Source: Candidatus Ratteibacteria bacterium
Lineage (GTDB): Bacteria > Ratteibacteria > UBA8468 > B48-G9 > DTJG01
Length of the DNA stretch: 16,576 nt
Assembly: GCA_049971295.1 (NCBI GenBank)
Contig: JBMFLH010000039.1
Coordinates: 1-16,576 of the forward strand
Direction: 5' to 3'
Below, piece after piece: positions 8,435 through 16,576 of this stretch. The notes beneath the pieces are model-generated. The model was not told the origin of the DNA, ran no database searches, and saw nothing but the letters and a program-made list of their open reading frames with translations. The position numbers and the translations under genes were made by a program. How positions within the stretch are numbered: the stretch's first letter is position 1; each line of letters begins with the position of its first letter.

Positions 8435-8509
8435 TGGTGGACCCGGCCGGATTCGAACCAGCAACCAACGGATTATGAGTCCGCTGCTCTGCCCTTGAGC
8501 TACGGGTCC
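8435..8509 (-). tRNA. ileX: tRNA-Ile2 (anticodon CAT, lysidine type); might be annotated as tRNA-Met
   Basis: Reverse complement is GGACCCGTAGCTCAAGGGCAGAGCAGCGGACTCATAATCCGTTGGTTGCTGGTTCGAATCCGGCCGGGTCCACCA: a full cloverleaf with encoded CCA and CAT at 8475-8477. It has G1-C72, C4-G69, C5-G68 and A73. It lacks the C1:A72 mismatch and the three G-C anticodon-stem pairs of initiator tRNA. Confidence 0.9.
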
Positions 8510-8518
8510 GTGAAATAA

Positions 8519-8547
8519 ATTCTATCCGAAATAGAAAAAATTGTAAA
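8519..8547 (-). promoter_or_regulatory. sigma70 promoter of the tRNA
   Basis: Minus strand: TTTACA (8542-8547)-17 bp-TAGAAT (8519-8524), ending 9 nt before the tRNA 5' end. Confidence 0.7.
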
Positions 8548-8584
8548 GATTTTGTTCATAAACCCGCCAAAAAAGTTTGAGATA

Positions 8585-8623
8585 TGGTATAATATTTCAT
8601 AAAATATTCAATCAGGGAAGGAG
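8585..8623 (+). promoter_or_regulatory. Extended -10 promoter and RBS for the aldolase-like gene
   Basis: TGgTATAAT at 8585-8593 with no good -35. AAGGAG at 8618-8623 lies before ATG 8630. Confidence 0.6.
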
Positions 8624-8629
8624 AATAGC

Positions 8630-9637
8630 ATGGCAAAGCAACAAAAAGGAAATCCAGTGAGAATCACAAAACAGGGTGATTGGGTCACATACAGGCCTGA
8701 TATTAAGGTTCTTGATTGTACTATCAGAGATGGTGGATTGATGAATGACCACAGGTTTGACGATGAATTCGTAAAGGCAGTGTACACGGCATGCGTGGAA
8801 GCAGGCATTGACTATATGGAACTCGGTTATAAAGCATCAAAAAAAATTTTTGCACCTGCTGAATTCGGTCCGTGGAAGTTCTGCGACGAGGATGACATAA
8901 AAAAAATTGTTGGCGATAATGATACACCTTTGAAACTTTCTGTAATGGCTGACGCTGAAAGAACTGATTATCACCAGGATATTCTTCCCAAAAAAGACAG
9001 CGTAATTGACCTGGTGCGCGTCGCAACATATATTCACCAGATACCGGCTGCTCTTGATATGATTAAAGACGCCCATGACAAAGGATATGAAACAACATTA
9101 AACCTAATGGCAATTTCCACAGTGCAGGACAGGGAATTGAATGAGGCACTGGAAGCCATTGCAAAATCAGAGGTAAGGGTCATTTATCTTGTTGACAGTT
9201 TCGGTGCCCTGTACAGTGAGCAAATAAGAGACCTGACAAAAAAATACTTAAAATACGCGAAAACAACAGGAAAAGAAGTAGGCATACACACTCACAATAA
9301 TCAGCAACTTGCTTATGCCAATACTATTGAAGCCCTGATTCTTGGTGCAAGCTGGCTTGATGCAAGTATGGCAGGTCTTGGCAGGGGTGCTGGCAACTGT
9401 CAGATTGAATTACTTCTTGGTTTCCTGCATAATCCAAAATTTCATCTACGACCGGTACTGCAATGTATCAGGGACTGGATTGAACCACTTCGTTCTCAAC
9501 TGCGATGGGGATTCGACATTCCTTATATGCTCACAGGTCAACTAAATCAACATCCCCGGGCGGCAATGAAATTTATGTCAGGAGAAAACTGGAAAGATAT
9601 TGTGGAGTTTTTTGATTCCCTTGCTGAAAAAGAGTAA
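8630..9637 (+). CDS. DRE-TIM metallolyase (HMGL-like), 4-hydroxy-2-oxovalerate aldolase-like protein
   Basis: VLDCTIRDGG, GIDYMELGY, YLVDSFG, GIHTHNNQQLAYAN and GLGRGAGNCQIE. Confidence 0.88.
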   Translation: MAKQQKGNPVRITKQGDWVTYRPDIKVLDCTIRDGGLMNDHRFDDEFVKAVYTACVEAGIDYMELGYKASKKIFAPAEFGPWKFCDEDDIKKIVGDNDTPLKLSVMADAERTDYHQDILPKKDSVIDLVRVATYIHQIPAALDMIKDAHDKGYETTLNLMAISTVQDRELNEALEAIAKSEVRVIYLVDSFGALYSEQIRDLTKKYLKYAKTTGKEVGIHTHNNQQLAYANTIEALILGASWLDASMAGLGRGAGNCQIELLLGFLHNPKFHLRPVLQCIRDWIEPLRSQLRWGFDIPYMLTGQLNQHPRAAMKFMSGENWKDIVEFFDSLAEKE

Positions 9638-9649
9638 TACACCCATATT

Positions 9650-9796
9650 TTAGGTCAACGATATCCCTATTTTTTTCAATAATTCTGTTCTTTATTCTTC
9701 TCGCGATTTTTTCGGATCACCGCTTGAAAACTTTTCAATGTCATTAACTGTCCTTGCAAGTTGATACAGAAATCTTACCAGATTACTTATTGTCAT
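9650..9796 (-). pseudogene. Small basic hypothetical protein, frameshifted
   Basis: ATG 9796 gives MTISNLVRFLYQLARTVNDIEKFSSGDPKK then SREE-stop (9692). Adding one A to the A6 run (9707-9712) continues as IARRIKNRII. A compensating loss at the A7 run (9670-9676) would end it at TAA 9650-9652. The RBS is poor and the 3' end is uncertain. Confidence 0.45.
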
Positions 9797-9808
9797 CCTT
9801 CATAAAAA

Positions 9809-10022
9809 CTAAATTTTTGTTTTTTTATCAATTTCAGAAGATACAAATTCGCCGTGAGACATTAGTTCTTCTTCCGGGTGAGTTTTCACACTCGTACTCC
9901 ACTCAACCACCCATTTTTTTAGGGTCAAGAGCATCCTGCCTTAAAATTTTCCCCTTTTCAAAAGTATTGCGATGATAAACAATATCACCTGACTTGAACC
10001 TTGCTCTTTTTCTAAAAAACAT
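9809..10022 (-). pseudogene. Small SH3/KOW/Tudor-like protein (about 70 aa) with a one-base frameshift
   Basis: AAGGAGGTG RBS (10028-10036) and ATG 10022 give MFFRKRARFKSGDIVYHRNTFEKGKILRQDALDPKK, then MGG-stop. Removing one A from the A7 run (9914-9920) continues as WVVEWSTSVKTHPEEELMSHGEFVSSEIDKKTKI-TAG (9809). Confidence 0.65.
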
Positions 10023-10036
10023 AAGTCCACCTCCTT

Positions 10037-13000
10037 TCAATCAAAAGAAAAATCTTTTTCCTTGAATAACCTGATACAGATGTCAACGACTTCTGGGTCA
10101 AAAAGAATTCCACTTTTATTTTTTATTTCTGCAAGAGCTACATCAATACCCAGGGCAGGTCTGTAAGGTCTGTCATAAGCCATCGCTTCAACCACATCAG
10201 CAACAGCAATAATTTTTGCTTCCTGCAAAATATCATTTTCCACAATTCCATCCGGGTAACCAGAACCATTTAATCTTTCGTGGTGCTGTAAAACAATTTT
10301 CGCAACATTCCATGGAAAAGGAATCTGCCTTAAAATTTCATAGCCCACAACTGAATGAAGTTTGATAATACTGAACTCATCATCGCTAAGTTTACCTGGT
10401 TTAACAAGAATTTCCACAGGCACATTAATCTTTCCAATGTCATGAAGAATCCCTGCAATTCTTATTCCCTCAATTATATTTTCTGCAAGCCCCATTTCTC
10501 TTGCTATGGCTATTGACAACTTTGCAACTCGAATCTGATGACCTGCTGTATAAGGATCTTTGGTTTCAGTGATTTTTGCAATCGCGGATGCTATACCCTC
10601 CATTGCTTCTTGAAGTTGTTGATAACTTCGCTGAAGGCTGTTTGAAGCAATTTCTTTTTCTTTTCTCGCTCTTACCAGTGTGACTCCGTATCCAATGTTC
10701 TCAGCAATGGTACGTATAATAGCGACTTCATTTTCTTCTCTGAATATGTTTTCGTCAGATGAGTATATGCTTAATGAACCTATGGTACTACCTTCAAAAA
10801 TAATTGGAAATGCCGCAACAGAACGAAAACCATGTTGAGACACCAGTTTTTTCCAGCCCTCTGAATAATCAGAACCAGCAATATCATCAACAATCAGGGT
10901 TCTTTTTTCATGCAATGCATTAACTGTGGGACACCTCAATTGTTCAACAAATAATTTTTTTAATTCTGACAGAAACTCTGCATCAGCTTCTGAATATGTA
11001 ATAACATCAAAATCAGAGCCATCTTTTAAGATAACAAAAGAAAAACCACGACTTGCTTTTCCCAGTTCTTTACAAATTGAAACCAGCATTTCTCTTTCTT
11101 CCTGTCGCGTTTTTGCAATAATTTCATTGCAATTTGCGCATGCTTTCAAAAGATTTTGAATTCTTTCAAGCTGCCGGAGATACTGTTCCTGTTTTGTTCT
11201 ATCAACAACAACTGCTGTAACACAATGTTTTTTCAAAATATGGTCAAAAATCAATCCTCCAGAAACATACGCCCAAACAATTGAACCATCCTTTTTTACA
11301 TACTTTCTTTCTCTTGTTTCATAACTTGTGATTTCACCCTTTGCCAGTTTTTCATATAATTCCTTGATAGATTGTCTATCTTCTGGTGGCACAACATCAA
11401 CAAGTTTCATTTTCATCAGTTCTTCGTGCTCGTATCCAAGGATTTCACAAATTCGTTTGTTCAATGCAATGGGTTTACCTTCAAGGTCAAGAATACCCAT
11501 CCCAGTTACTGCTGTATCAAAAAATCCCTGAAATCTACTGAGAGTTGCCCTGAGATTTTGCTCCATATACACCAGGTCTGTGATATCAATCAGACAGACA
11601 AGTAATCTTGACCAATCTTTTTCATGCTTCGGTAAAATTATGGCATTGATAAAAAATTCCTTCCTGATGTTTCCGCCAATATCAATCTTTGTCTGAATTC
11701 GCTCGCATTTACCTTCAGAAAACAGGCCTTTAATAATTTCTGGTTTAACAATAACTGTTGACAGTAATTCTGATAACTTTTCATTGTCAGTGGTATTAAA
11801 GAACTCAAAAATTTGCCTGTTGCTGTTTAAAATTTTGATGGAGTTTTTTAATGAATCAATAATCTCAGGATTTTCAGCAAAATATTTTTCGATCTCTTGC
11901 AAATTTATCTTTTTAAGTTTCGTTTTTAACTGGGAACCATCTATTTCTACAGCAGGATATGGCGAGTAATCGAAAATTGCTCGAAGATGCAATTCGTTTT
12001 CACGAAGTTTGTCTTCTGTCTTTTTTCGTATCTCTTCAGCATTCAACTTTTCAATACAAAGTGCAATATCAGAAGACACTTCAAGCAAAAGTTTTTTTAC
12101 ATCCCTGTTAAAAAAATGTGGCTGGGCTGAATAAAGATTCAATGTTCCTATAATGTTGTTTCTAACCCTGATGGGAACAGCAGCAGAAAAACAAAATCCA
12201 TATTTTTTTGCTTTTTGCCACCACGCTTTCATTCTTTCATCTTCAAGAATATTATTGCATATGCAGATTCTTCCTGTCCGTATCGCCCGACCGGTTGGTC
12301 CATTACCTTCTGGAACGAACGGGTCAAGAGAAATTTTGATATTCTCATAGTAGCTTCTCTTTTGTCTTGACCCTGCCACAGGAATAACAATGTTTTTTTC
12401 ATAATCTACAATACCAATCCAGGCTAAAGTAAATTTTCCCTCCCTGCAGGCAATTTCGCAGATTGTTTTAAATAAATCATCAGAATTTTTTACCCGTACA
12501 ATAGCCTGATTGACCTGATAAAGCATTGAATACATCCACATAAGATTTTCTATTTTCTGTTGCGCCTTCTTTATTTCCGTAATATCCCTGACAAAAGCAC
12601 CTACGCCTGTCTGTCCTGTCGCAAGTTTTACAGGAAATTTTCTTGTTTCGTAAATTCTATTACCAACGATTTCTTCATTAATTACCAGTTTTTCTTCTTT
12701 TTTCGCCTGCTGGTCTGTTTCACGACACCGTTTTGCTGTGCCGTATTCCATCAATTCAAAGTCGGTTTTGCCAAGAATTTCATCAGGCGATTTTTTGAAA
12801 AATTTCGCATATGCCGTGTTCAGACTGATATATCTGAAATCTGCATCTTTAACAAAAGCCATACTATCTGTCGCATCAAGAAATGCATTTTGATTTGCGA
12901 GGGTATCTTGTAACAGTTTGTATGCTTCGCACCTGCTAAAGGCTATTGAAATTGCCTTTGCAGAATTCTCGAGAAATTTTATTATCTCAGAAGAGAACGT

Positions 13001-14173
13001 TGATTTTCTTTTATCAAGACAAACGATGACGCCAACTAAATCTTGTGGACTTTTCACTGGTACAAGAGCTGCAAATAATTCTTTCTGGTCTTTTTTGGTT
13101 TTTATAATGGTACTTGTGGCAACATGGCTATCACCCTGTAAATGGCCAGAAAAAAATTCTGCAATCTGTCTTTCAATGCGTGATTTTCCTGGTTTTCTTG
13201 TTTCCTGTTTTAATCTGATAAAACAATCGTAAAAATTGAAATTTTTTCTCAAGATTCTGGATACAGAAGAAACAATAGATGAAACATCCATTGACTGATT
13301 CAGGGCATCGTTCATTTGTGCTTCCACTTTCTGAAAAATATTCAATATTGTACGATGGCTGATGTCATAAACCAGTACCTGAATCATGCCAGAACCAGGA
13401 ATTCTTGCCGTGCAATAGACATCAAAAGTTGTCCCATCTTTTTTGTTCAATTTGAATTCCGCAATACCAGTATGGCCTGTATTATCAAGTATTTCAACCA
13501 TACGATTGAACGATTTTCTATCATGTTGTGGTATCAAACTGCTGAAAAATTTGCCGATAAGTTCTTCTTTACAAAAACCTGACATATCAGTGAAGGTTTT
13601 ATTAACATCACATATTTTCCCTTGGATACTGCAACAAATGTATCCAGCAGGCGCTGTTTCAAAAAGAGCTCTTGCCCTTTTTTCTTTTTGAATAAGTTCC
13701 TGTTCTTTTTTCCTTTCTTCTGTGATATCCCTTCCTTCACTGATTGTCCCAATAATTTGACCTGTCTTATCCTTTAATACCATATTGCGCCAGGAAATCA
13801 ATCGTTCTCCGGTTCTTGTCAACACAGGATTTTCAAAATACCTTCTCAATATCTTTTTTCCTGAAACAAGTTCATTGAAAAATTCTTTCATCTCTTTTCT
13901 AAATCTTTCAGGAATAAAGGTTTCAAAGTATTTTTTGCCAATAATTTCTTTTTCTGGATAGCCGAGTATTTCACATCCCTTTTTATTGATTTTTAAAACT
14001 GACTGGTCTTTTCCCAGAACAATAAGCATTGTATCGACAAAGTTAAAACAAAACTGCGGGTCATTGAGTTCTTTTATGATTGTTTCTTCAACAAGGTATT
14101 CTTTTCTGATTTTTCCGAAGATTGAGGACTTTCTGTATATTACATTTGAATTTTTTTTACTTTGCTTTTTCAT
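10037..14173 (-). CDS. Multi-PAS/GAF sensor HD-GYP cyclic di-GMP phosphodiesterase
   Basis: C-terminal ETKDPYTAGH, LHDIGK, KPGKLS, HHERLNGSGYP, VADVVEAM and DRPYR. About five PAS domains (ends GRDITE, VYDIS, VRDITE, LIDITD, VVDRT) and three GAF domains (e.g. GPTGRAIRTG...SAAVPI...GTLNLYS). No transmembrane segment is evident. Confidence 0.93.
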   Translation of the reverse strand: MKKQSKKNSNVIYRKSSIFGKIRKEYLVEETIIKELNDPQFCFNFVDTMLIVLGKDQSVLKINKKGCEILGYPEKEIIGKKYFETFIPERFRKEMKEFFNELVSGKKILRRYFENPVLTRTGERLISWRNMVLKDKTGQIIGTISEGRDITEERKKEQELIQKEKRARALFETAPAGYICCSIQGKICDVNKTFTDMSGFCKEELIGKFFSSLIPQHDRKSFNRMVEILDNTGHTGIAEFKLNKKDGTTFDVYCTARIPGSGMIQVLVYDISHRTILNIFQKVEAQMNDALNQSMDVSSIVSSVSRILRKNFNFYDCFIRLKQETRKPGKSRIERQIAEFFSGHLQGDSHVATSTIIKTKKDQKELFAALVPVKSPQDLVGVIVCLDKRKSTFSSEIIKFLENSAKAISIAFSRCEAYKLLQDTLANQNAFLDATDSMAFVKDADFRYISLNTAYAKFFKKSPDEILGKTDFELMEYGTAKRCRETDQQAKKEEKLVINEEIVGNRIYETRKFPVKLATGQTGVGAFVRDITEIKKAQQKIENLMWMYSMLYQVNQAIVRVKNSDDLFKTICEIACREGKFTLAWIGIVDYEKNIVIPVAGSRQKRSYYENIKISLDPFVPEGNGPTGRAIRTGRICICNNILEDERMKAWWQKAKKYGFCFSAAVPIRVRNNIIGTLNLYSAQPHFFNRDVKKLLLEVSSDIALCIEKLNAEEIRKKTEDKLRENELHLRAIFDYSPYPAVEIDGSQLKTKLKKINLQEIEKYFAENPEIIDSLKNSIKILNSNRQIFEFFNTTDNEKLSELLSTVIVKPEIIKGLFSEGKCERIQTKIDIGGNIRKEFFINAIILPKHEKDWSRLLVCLIDITDLVYMEQNLRATLSRFQGFFDTAVTGMGILDLEGKPIALNKRICEILGYEHEELMKMKLVDVVPPEDRQSIKELYEKLAKGEITSYETRERKYVKKDGSIVWAYVSGGLIFDHILKKHCVTAVVVDRTKQEQYLRQLERIQNLLKACANCNEIIAKTRQEEREMLVSICKELGKASRGFSFVILKDGSDFDVITYSEADAEFLSELKKLFVEQLRCPTVNALHEKRTLIVDDIAGSDYSEGWKKLVSQHGFRSVAAFPIIFEGSTIGSLSIYSSDENIFREENEVAIIRTIAENIGYGVTLVRARKEKEIASNSLQRSYQQLQEAMEGIASAIAKITETKDPYTAGHQIRVAKLSIAIAREMGLAENIIEGIRIAGILHDIGKINVPVEILVKPGKLSDDEFSIIKLHSVVGYEILRQIPFPWNVAKIVLQHHERLNGSGYPDGIVENDILQEAKIIAVADVVEAMAYDRPYRPALGIDVALAEIKNKSGILFDPEVVDICIRLFKEKDFSFD

Positions 14174-14192
14174 TATCCCCCCATATACAAAA

Positions 14193-14259
14193 ATAATACC
14201 TTTCTAATGAAAAAAAATCAAGAGTAGTTTTTGCGAATTTTTTGTTTTTTGTGTAGAAT
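14193..14259. promoter_or_regulatory. Back-to-back divergent sigma70 promoters
   Basis: Minus: TTGATT (14216-14221)-17-TATTAT (14193-14198) toward HD-GYP. Plus: TTGCGA (14231-14236)-17-TAGAAT (14254-14259) toward DUF5715. The AT-rich context lowers specificity. Confidence 0.55.
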
Positions 14260-14288
14260 TTCATTAAATTTTTGTAAATAGGCAATAA

Positions 14289-15092
14289 ATGACAAAACAA
14301 AGAATCGTGATCCTTGGTGTGGTGGTGGTACTGATTTCGATGATAGCTTTTCTTTGTATATTCACATATTACAGGATTTCATTGCCTGTCTCCGATCTGA
14401 AAAAAGAAGCCGCAAAATACCAGGATTACAAAAAAAACTTTGATGAAAATCATTTTTTTCTTAATGCCACCGAATTAAAAGATTTGAGGGTAATGGTGAA
14501 TGACTACCATGTTGAGATTGCTCAAAAACTCGGGGTACCTGGACTGATTGACGATGAATCAGTGTATCAGGCATTAAAAGAAGGAAAACTTGTACCATTG
14601 AAAGAAACCAGGTACTGGAGAATAAAAGAATTAAAGGATTCTCTTGCCTATGTCACGCCTGATACCTTGAAATTGCTTAAAATCATTGGTGAAAGATTCC
14701 AGGAAAAATTGAAAGAACAAAATCTCCCTTTATATCGCTTTACAATTAGTTCAGTGTTAAGAACTCAAAAAGCCCAGGAGGCACTTGCAAAAAAAAATAG
14801 AAATGCGACGAGAAACATATCCAGTCATCAGTTTGGAACTACTGTTGACATTCTTTTTACAGATTTTGAGTACACAGCAGGTCATCAATTGACATTTGCC
14901 TGCCTCAATAGATACAAAGAAAAGAAAGAATTCAAGAAAAAGGAATTTGACGACCTTGCAATTAAGTACGGACAATACCTAAAAATAATACTGGCAAAGA
15001 CATTACTGGATTTACAAAAAGAGGGTTTTTGCTATGTAATTTATGAAAAACGTCAGCCAGTGTTTCATGTGACGATTGCCACAAAATTGTGA
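14289..15092 (+). CDS. DUF5715-like membrane-anchored protein, putative M15/Hedgehog-DD-peptidase-fold Zn peptidase
   Basis: N-terminal TM helix IVILGVVVVLISMIAFLCIFTYY, then ISSVLRT..AQ..L...NRNA, SSHQFGTTVDI and CYVIYEKRQPVFHVTI. Confidence 0.75.
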   Translation: MTKQRIVILGVVVVLISMIAFLCIFTYYRISLPVSDLKKEAAKYQDYKKNFDENHFFLNATELKDLRVMVNDYHVEIAQKLGVPGLIDDESVYQALKEGKLVPLKETRYWRIKELKDSLAYVTPDTLKLLKIIGERFQEKLKEQNLPLYRFTISSVLRTQKAQEALAKKNRNATRNISSHQFGTTVDILFTDFEYTAGHQLTFACLNRYKEKKEFKKKEFDDLAIKYGQYLKIILAKTLLDLQKEGFCYVIYEKRQPVFHVTIATKL

Positions 15093-16211
15093 CTATGATA
15101 ATTTGCTGGCTTCAAACCTCAGGTATCTGATGCCTGCCTGCTGTGGTTCAATACACCATAAAGCAACAAGGATTGTTCTATCATCAAGCACAACAACATG
15201 AGGTTCTCCAAAACTAAATAAAGTCCAGTCAGAATGACCTGATGCTGAATTTTTCATAGCAGGTTTTTCAGCAATGTACACTGGCTCATCACACAATACG
15301 CCAAAACTGGTTTCTTCTGGTTTTATGACTGCCAATCTTACTCCATATGGTTTGATTTTTCTCTGATTGTAAATAAAAAGGGCCCTTCCATCATCAAGTG
15401 GTGTAAGTGCCGTAGACTGTCCCATAATTCCGGTACAACCTGTTTTCCATGTTTTTCCATCATCACTGGATAACGCATAGGCATTCGGGAAATCTGTCCC
15501 ATCCTTTTGATTCATCTTCCAGCAAGTGCCAAGCAACCTTCCATCAGCAAGTTCAATGACCCATGCTTCAGCAGTAGTAGCGTATGTTTCAGGAAATTCA
15601 ATCATGGGTGTGTGTTGCCATGATTTACCACTATCTCTGCTGGTTAAAACTACGACCTGATTTCGCTGTACAATAAGATCAGGATTAAATGTATTATAGG
15701 GACTGAAACAGGCATGCCAGGAGTTTTTTGTAGTAATACACATTGCACCTGGTGCTTCTGCAGCACACCGAAAGGGCTTTGGTATTACAAACAGGTCAGA
15801 CCATGTGTTTCCGTGATCTTCTGAAATCGCGTAAACAAGTTCATTTTCTTTTAATCCCTGTGTCGCCTCACACCAGAAACTCTCGTTGTGCTCATCAATT
15901 TTTGTACGCGTCCCATAAAAAAATAATTTCCCGTCAGGGCTTTTGCTGATGGAGCCAAAAATACTGTATTGATTCAGATATTCTTTCCACAATAAAACCG
16001 GTTTCTGCCAGAACCTGCCATCTTTTGAATACGTAAGAAGTGGCTTGAAATCATTTATTCCAAGAGCTGATTGAACCATAAAAGAGCAAACAATTTCACC
16101 ATTATCAAGAACAACACAACGTGGTCCACATGCTACAGCGTAATTGGTGCCTGGCTCTGTCTGAAATACAAAGCCATCATCAATCAAATGAAAAAACCTA
16201 TTTTTGCTCAC
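15093..16211 (-). CDS. BNR/Asp-box repeat beta-propeller (sialidase-like glycoside hydrolase)
   Basis: Asp boxes YSKDGRFW, ISEDHGNTW, TSRDSGKSW and SSDDGKTW. The GTG start overlaps the upstream TGA. No signal peptide. Confidence 0.82.
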   Translation of the reverse strand: MSKNRFFHLIDDGFVFQTEPGTNYAVACGPRCVVLDNGEIVCSFMVQSALGINDFKPLLTYSKDGRFWQKPVLLWKEYLNQYSIFGSISKSPDGKLFFYGTRTKIDEHNESFWCEATQGLKENELVYAISEDHGNTWSDLFVIPKPFRCAAEAPGAMCITTKNSWHACFSPYNTFNPDLIVQRNQVVVLTSRDSGKSWQHTPMIEFPETYATTAEAWVIELADGRLLGTCWKMNQKDGTDFPNAYALSSDDGKTWKTGCTGIMGQSTALTPLDDGRALFIYNQRKIKPYGVRLAVIKPEETSFGVLCDEPVYIAEKPAMKNSASGHSDWTLFSFGEPHVVVLDDRTILVALWCIEPQQAGIRYLRFEASKLS

Positions 16212-16576
16212 TGATATAAAAACTTGTTTTTTAAATTCACTTTGAGTGGCTGCGATGGTTTTGACATTTTTCCTTCACTATCTGTGTAGGTTACAAAAAG
16301 GTAGAAATCAGTATCTGGCTTTAATCCCTGAATCAGAGCACCTGACTTTGCAATACCTGATGCAATTTTTATTGCTCCAGTGCCATCAGGATAAACAGAT
16401 GCCCACACATCATAGGACTTTGCGTTGCCTGACTCTGTAAAATAGATATGACACCTTGTTCCGTCAGGCATATGTTCAGGATCTTCTACCTTCAGAATTC
16501 TCACAGACGAAAGTACACCTTCTTTTTCAATCGTAGTGATGGGGTTTTCAAGATTTGGAATTCCTTCTGGTATTGG
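16208..16576 (-). CDS. C-terminal fragment of a larger protein ending in an FN3-like domain (5'-truncated)
   Basis: The frame is open to the window edge (PIPEGIPNLENPITTIEKEGVLSSVRILKV...). SYDVWAS...IQGLKPDTDFYLFVTYTDSEGKMSKPS resembles an FN3 C-terminus. Confidence 0.65.
   Translation of the reverse strand, partial: PIPEGIPNLENPITTIEKEGVLSSVRILKVEDPEHMPDGTRCHIYFTESGNAKSYDVWASVYPDGTGAIKIASGIAKSGALIQGLKPDTDFYLFVTYTDSEGKMSKPSQPLKVNLKNKFLYQ

Noticed and set aside
8400..8439. TATGGTG repeated at 8400 and 8433 as an att duplication
   Set aside because: Only 7 bp long, 33 bp apart, and no integrase.
8435..8509. tRNA-Met or tRNA-fMet assignment from the CAT anticodon
   Set aside because: It lacks initiator features, and the acceptor stem GGACC with C4-G69/C5-G68 fits Ile2. 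An isotype-specific tRNAscan-SE run would settle it.
1..16576. CRISPR array, IS element, prophage or defence system
   Set aside because: I saw no regularly spaced repeats, terminal inverted repeats, transposase, integrase or nuclease motifs.

Overview
AT-rich bacterial chromosomal window, probably from an anaerobe, with no CRISPR array, transposase or integrase visible. Left to right it holds: a 5'-truncated PKD+TPR protein; an FAD-dependent oxidoreductase pseudogene (4 poly-A indels plus 2 nonsense codons); a secreted M14 zinc carboxypeptidase with a C-terminal dockerin; and a minus-strand metal-homeostasis block (PadR, DUF5320-like, feoA-feoB-DtxR/MntR) with tandem TTAG-N6-CTAA boxes over the feoA RBS. 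Next come tRNA-Ile2(CAU), an orphan DRE-TIM (HOA-like) aldolase, and two small minus-strand genes missed by the ORF track, each broken at the A-run of an Asp-Pro-Lys-Lys motif. These lie directly behind a 1378-aa 5xPAS/3xGAF HD-GYP phosphodiesterase. The window ends with a membrane-anchored DUF5715/M15-like Zn peptidase, an Asp-box (sialidase-like) protein and a 5'-truncated FN3-like protein. Family calls come from motif recognition by eye, not from database searches.
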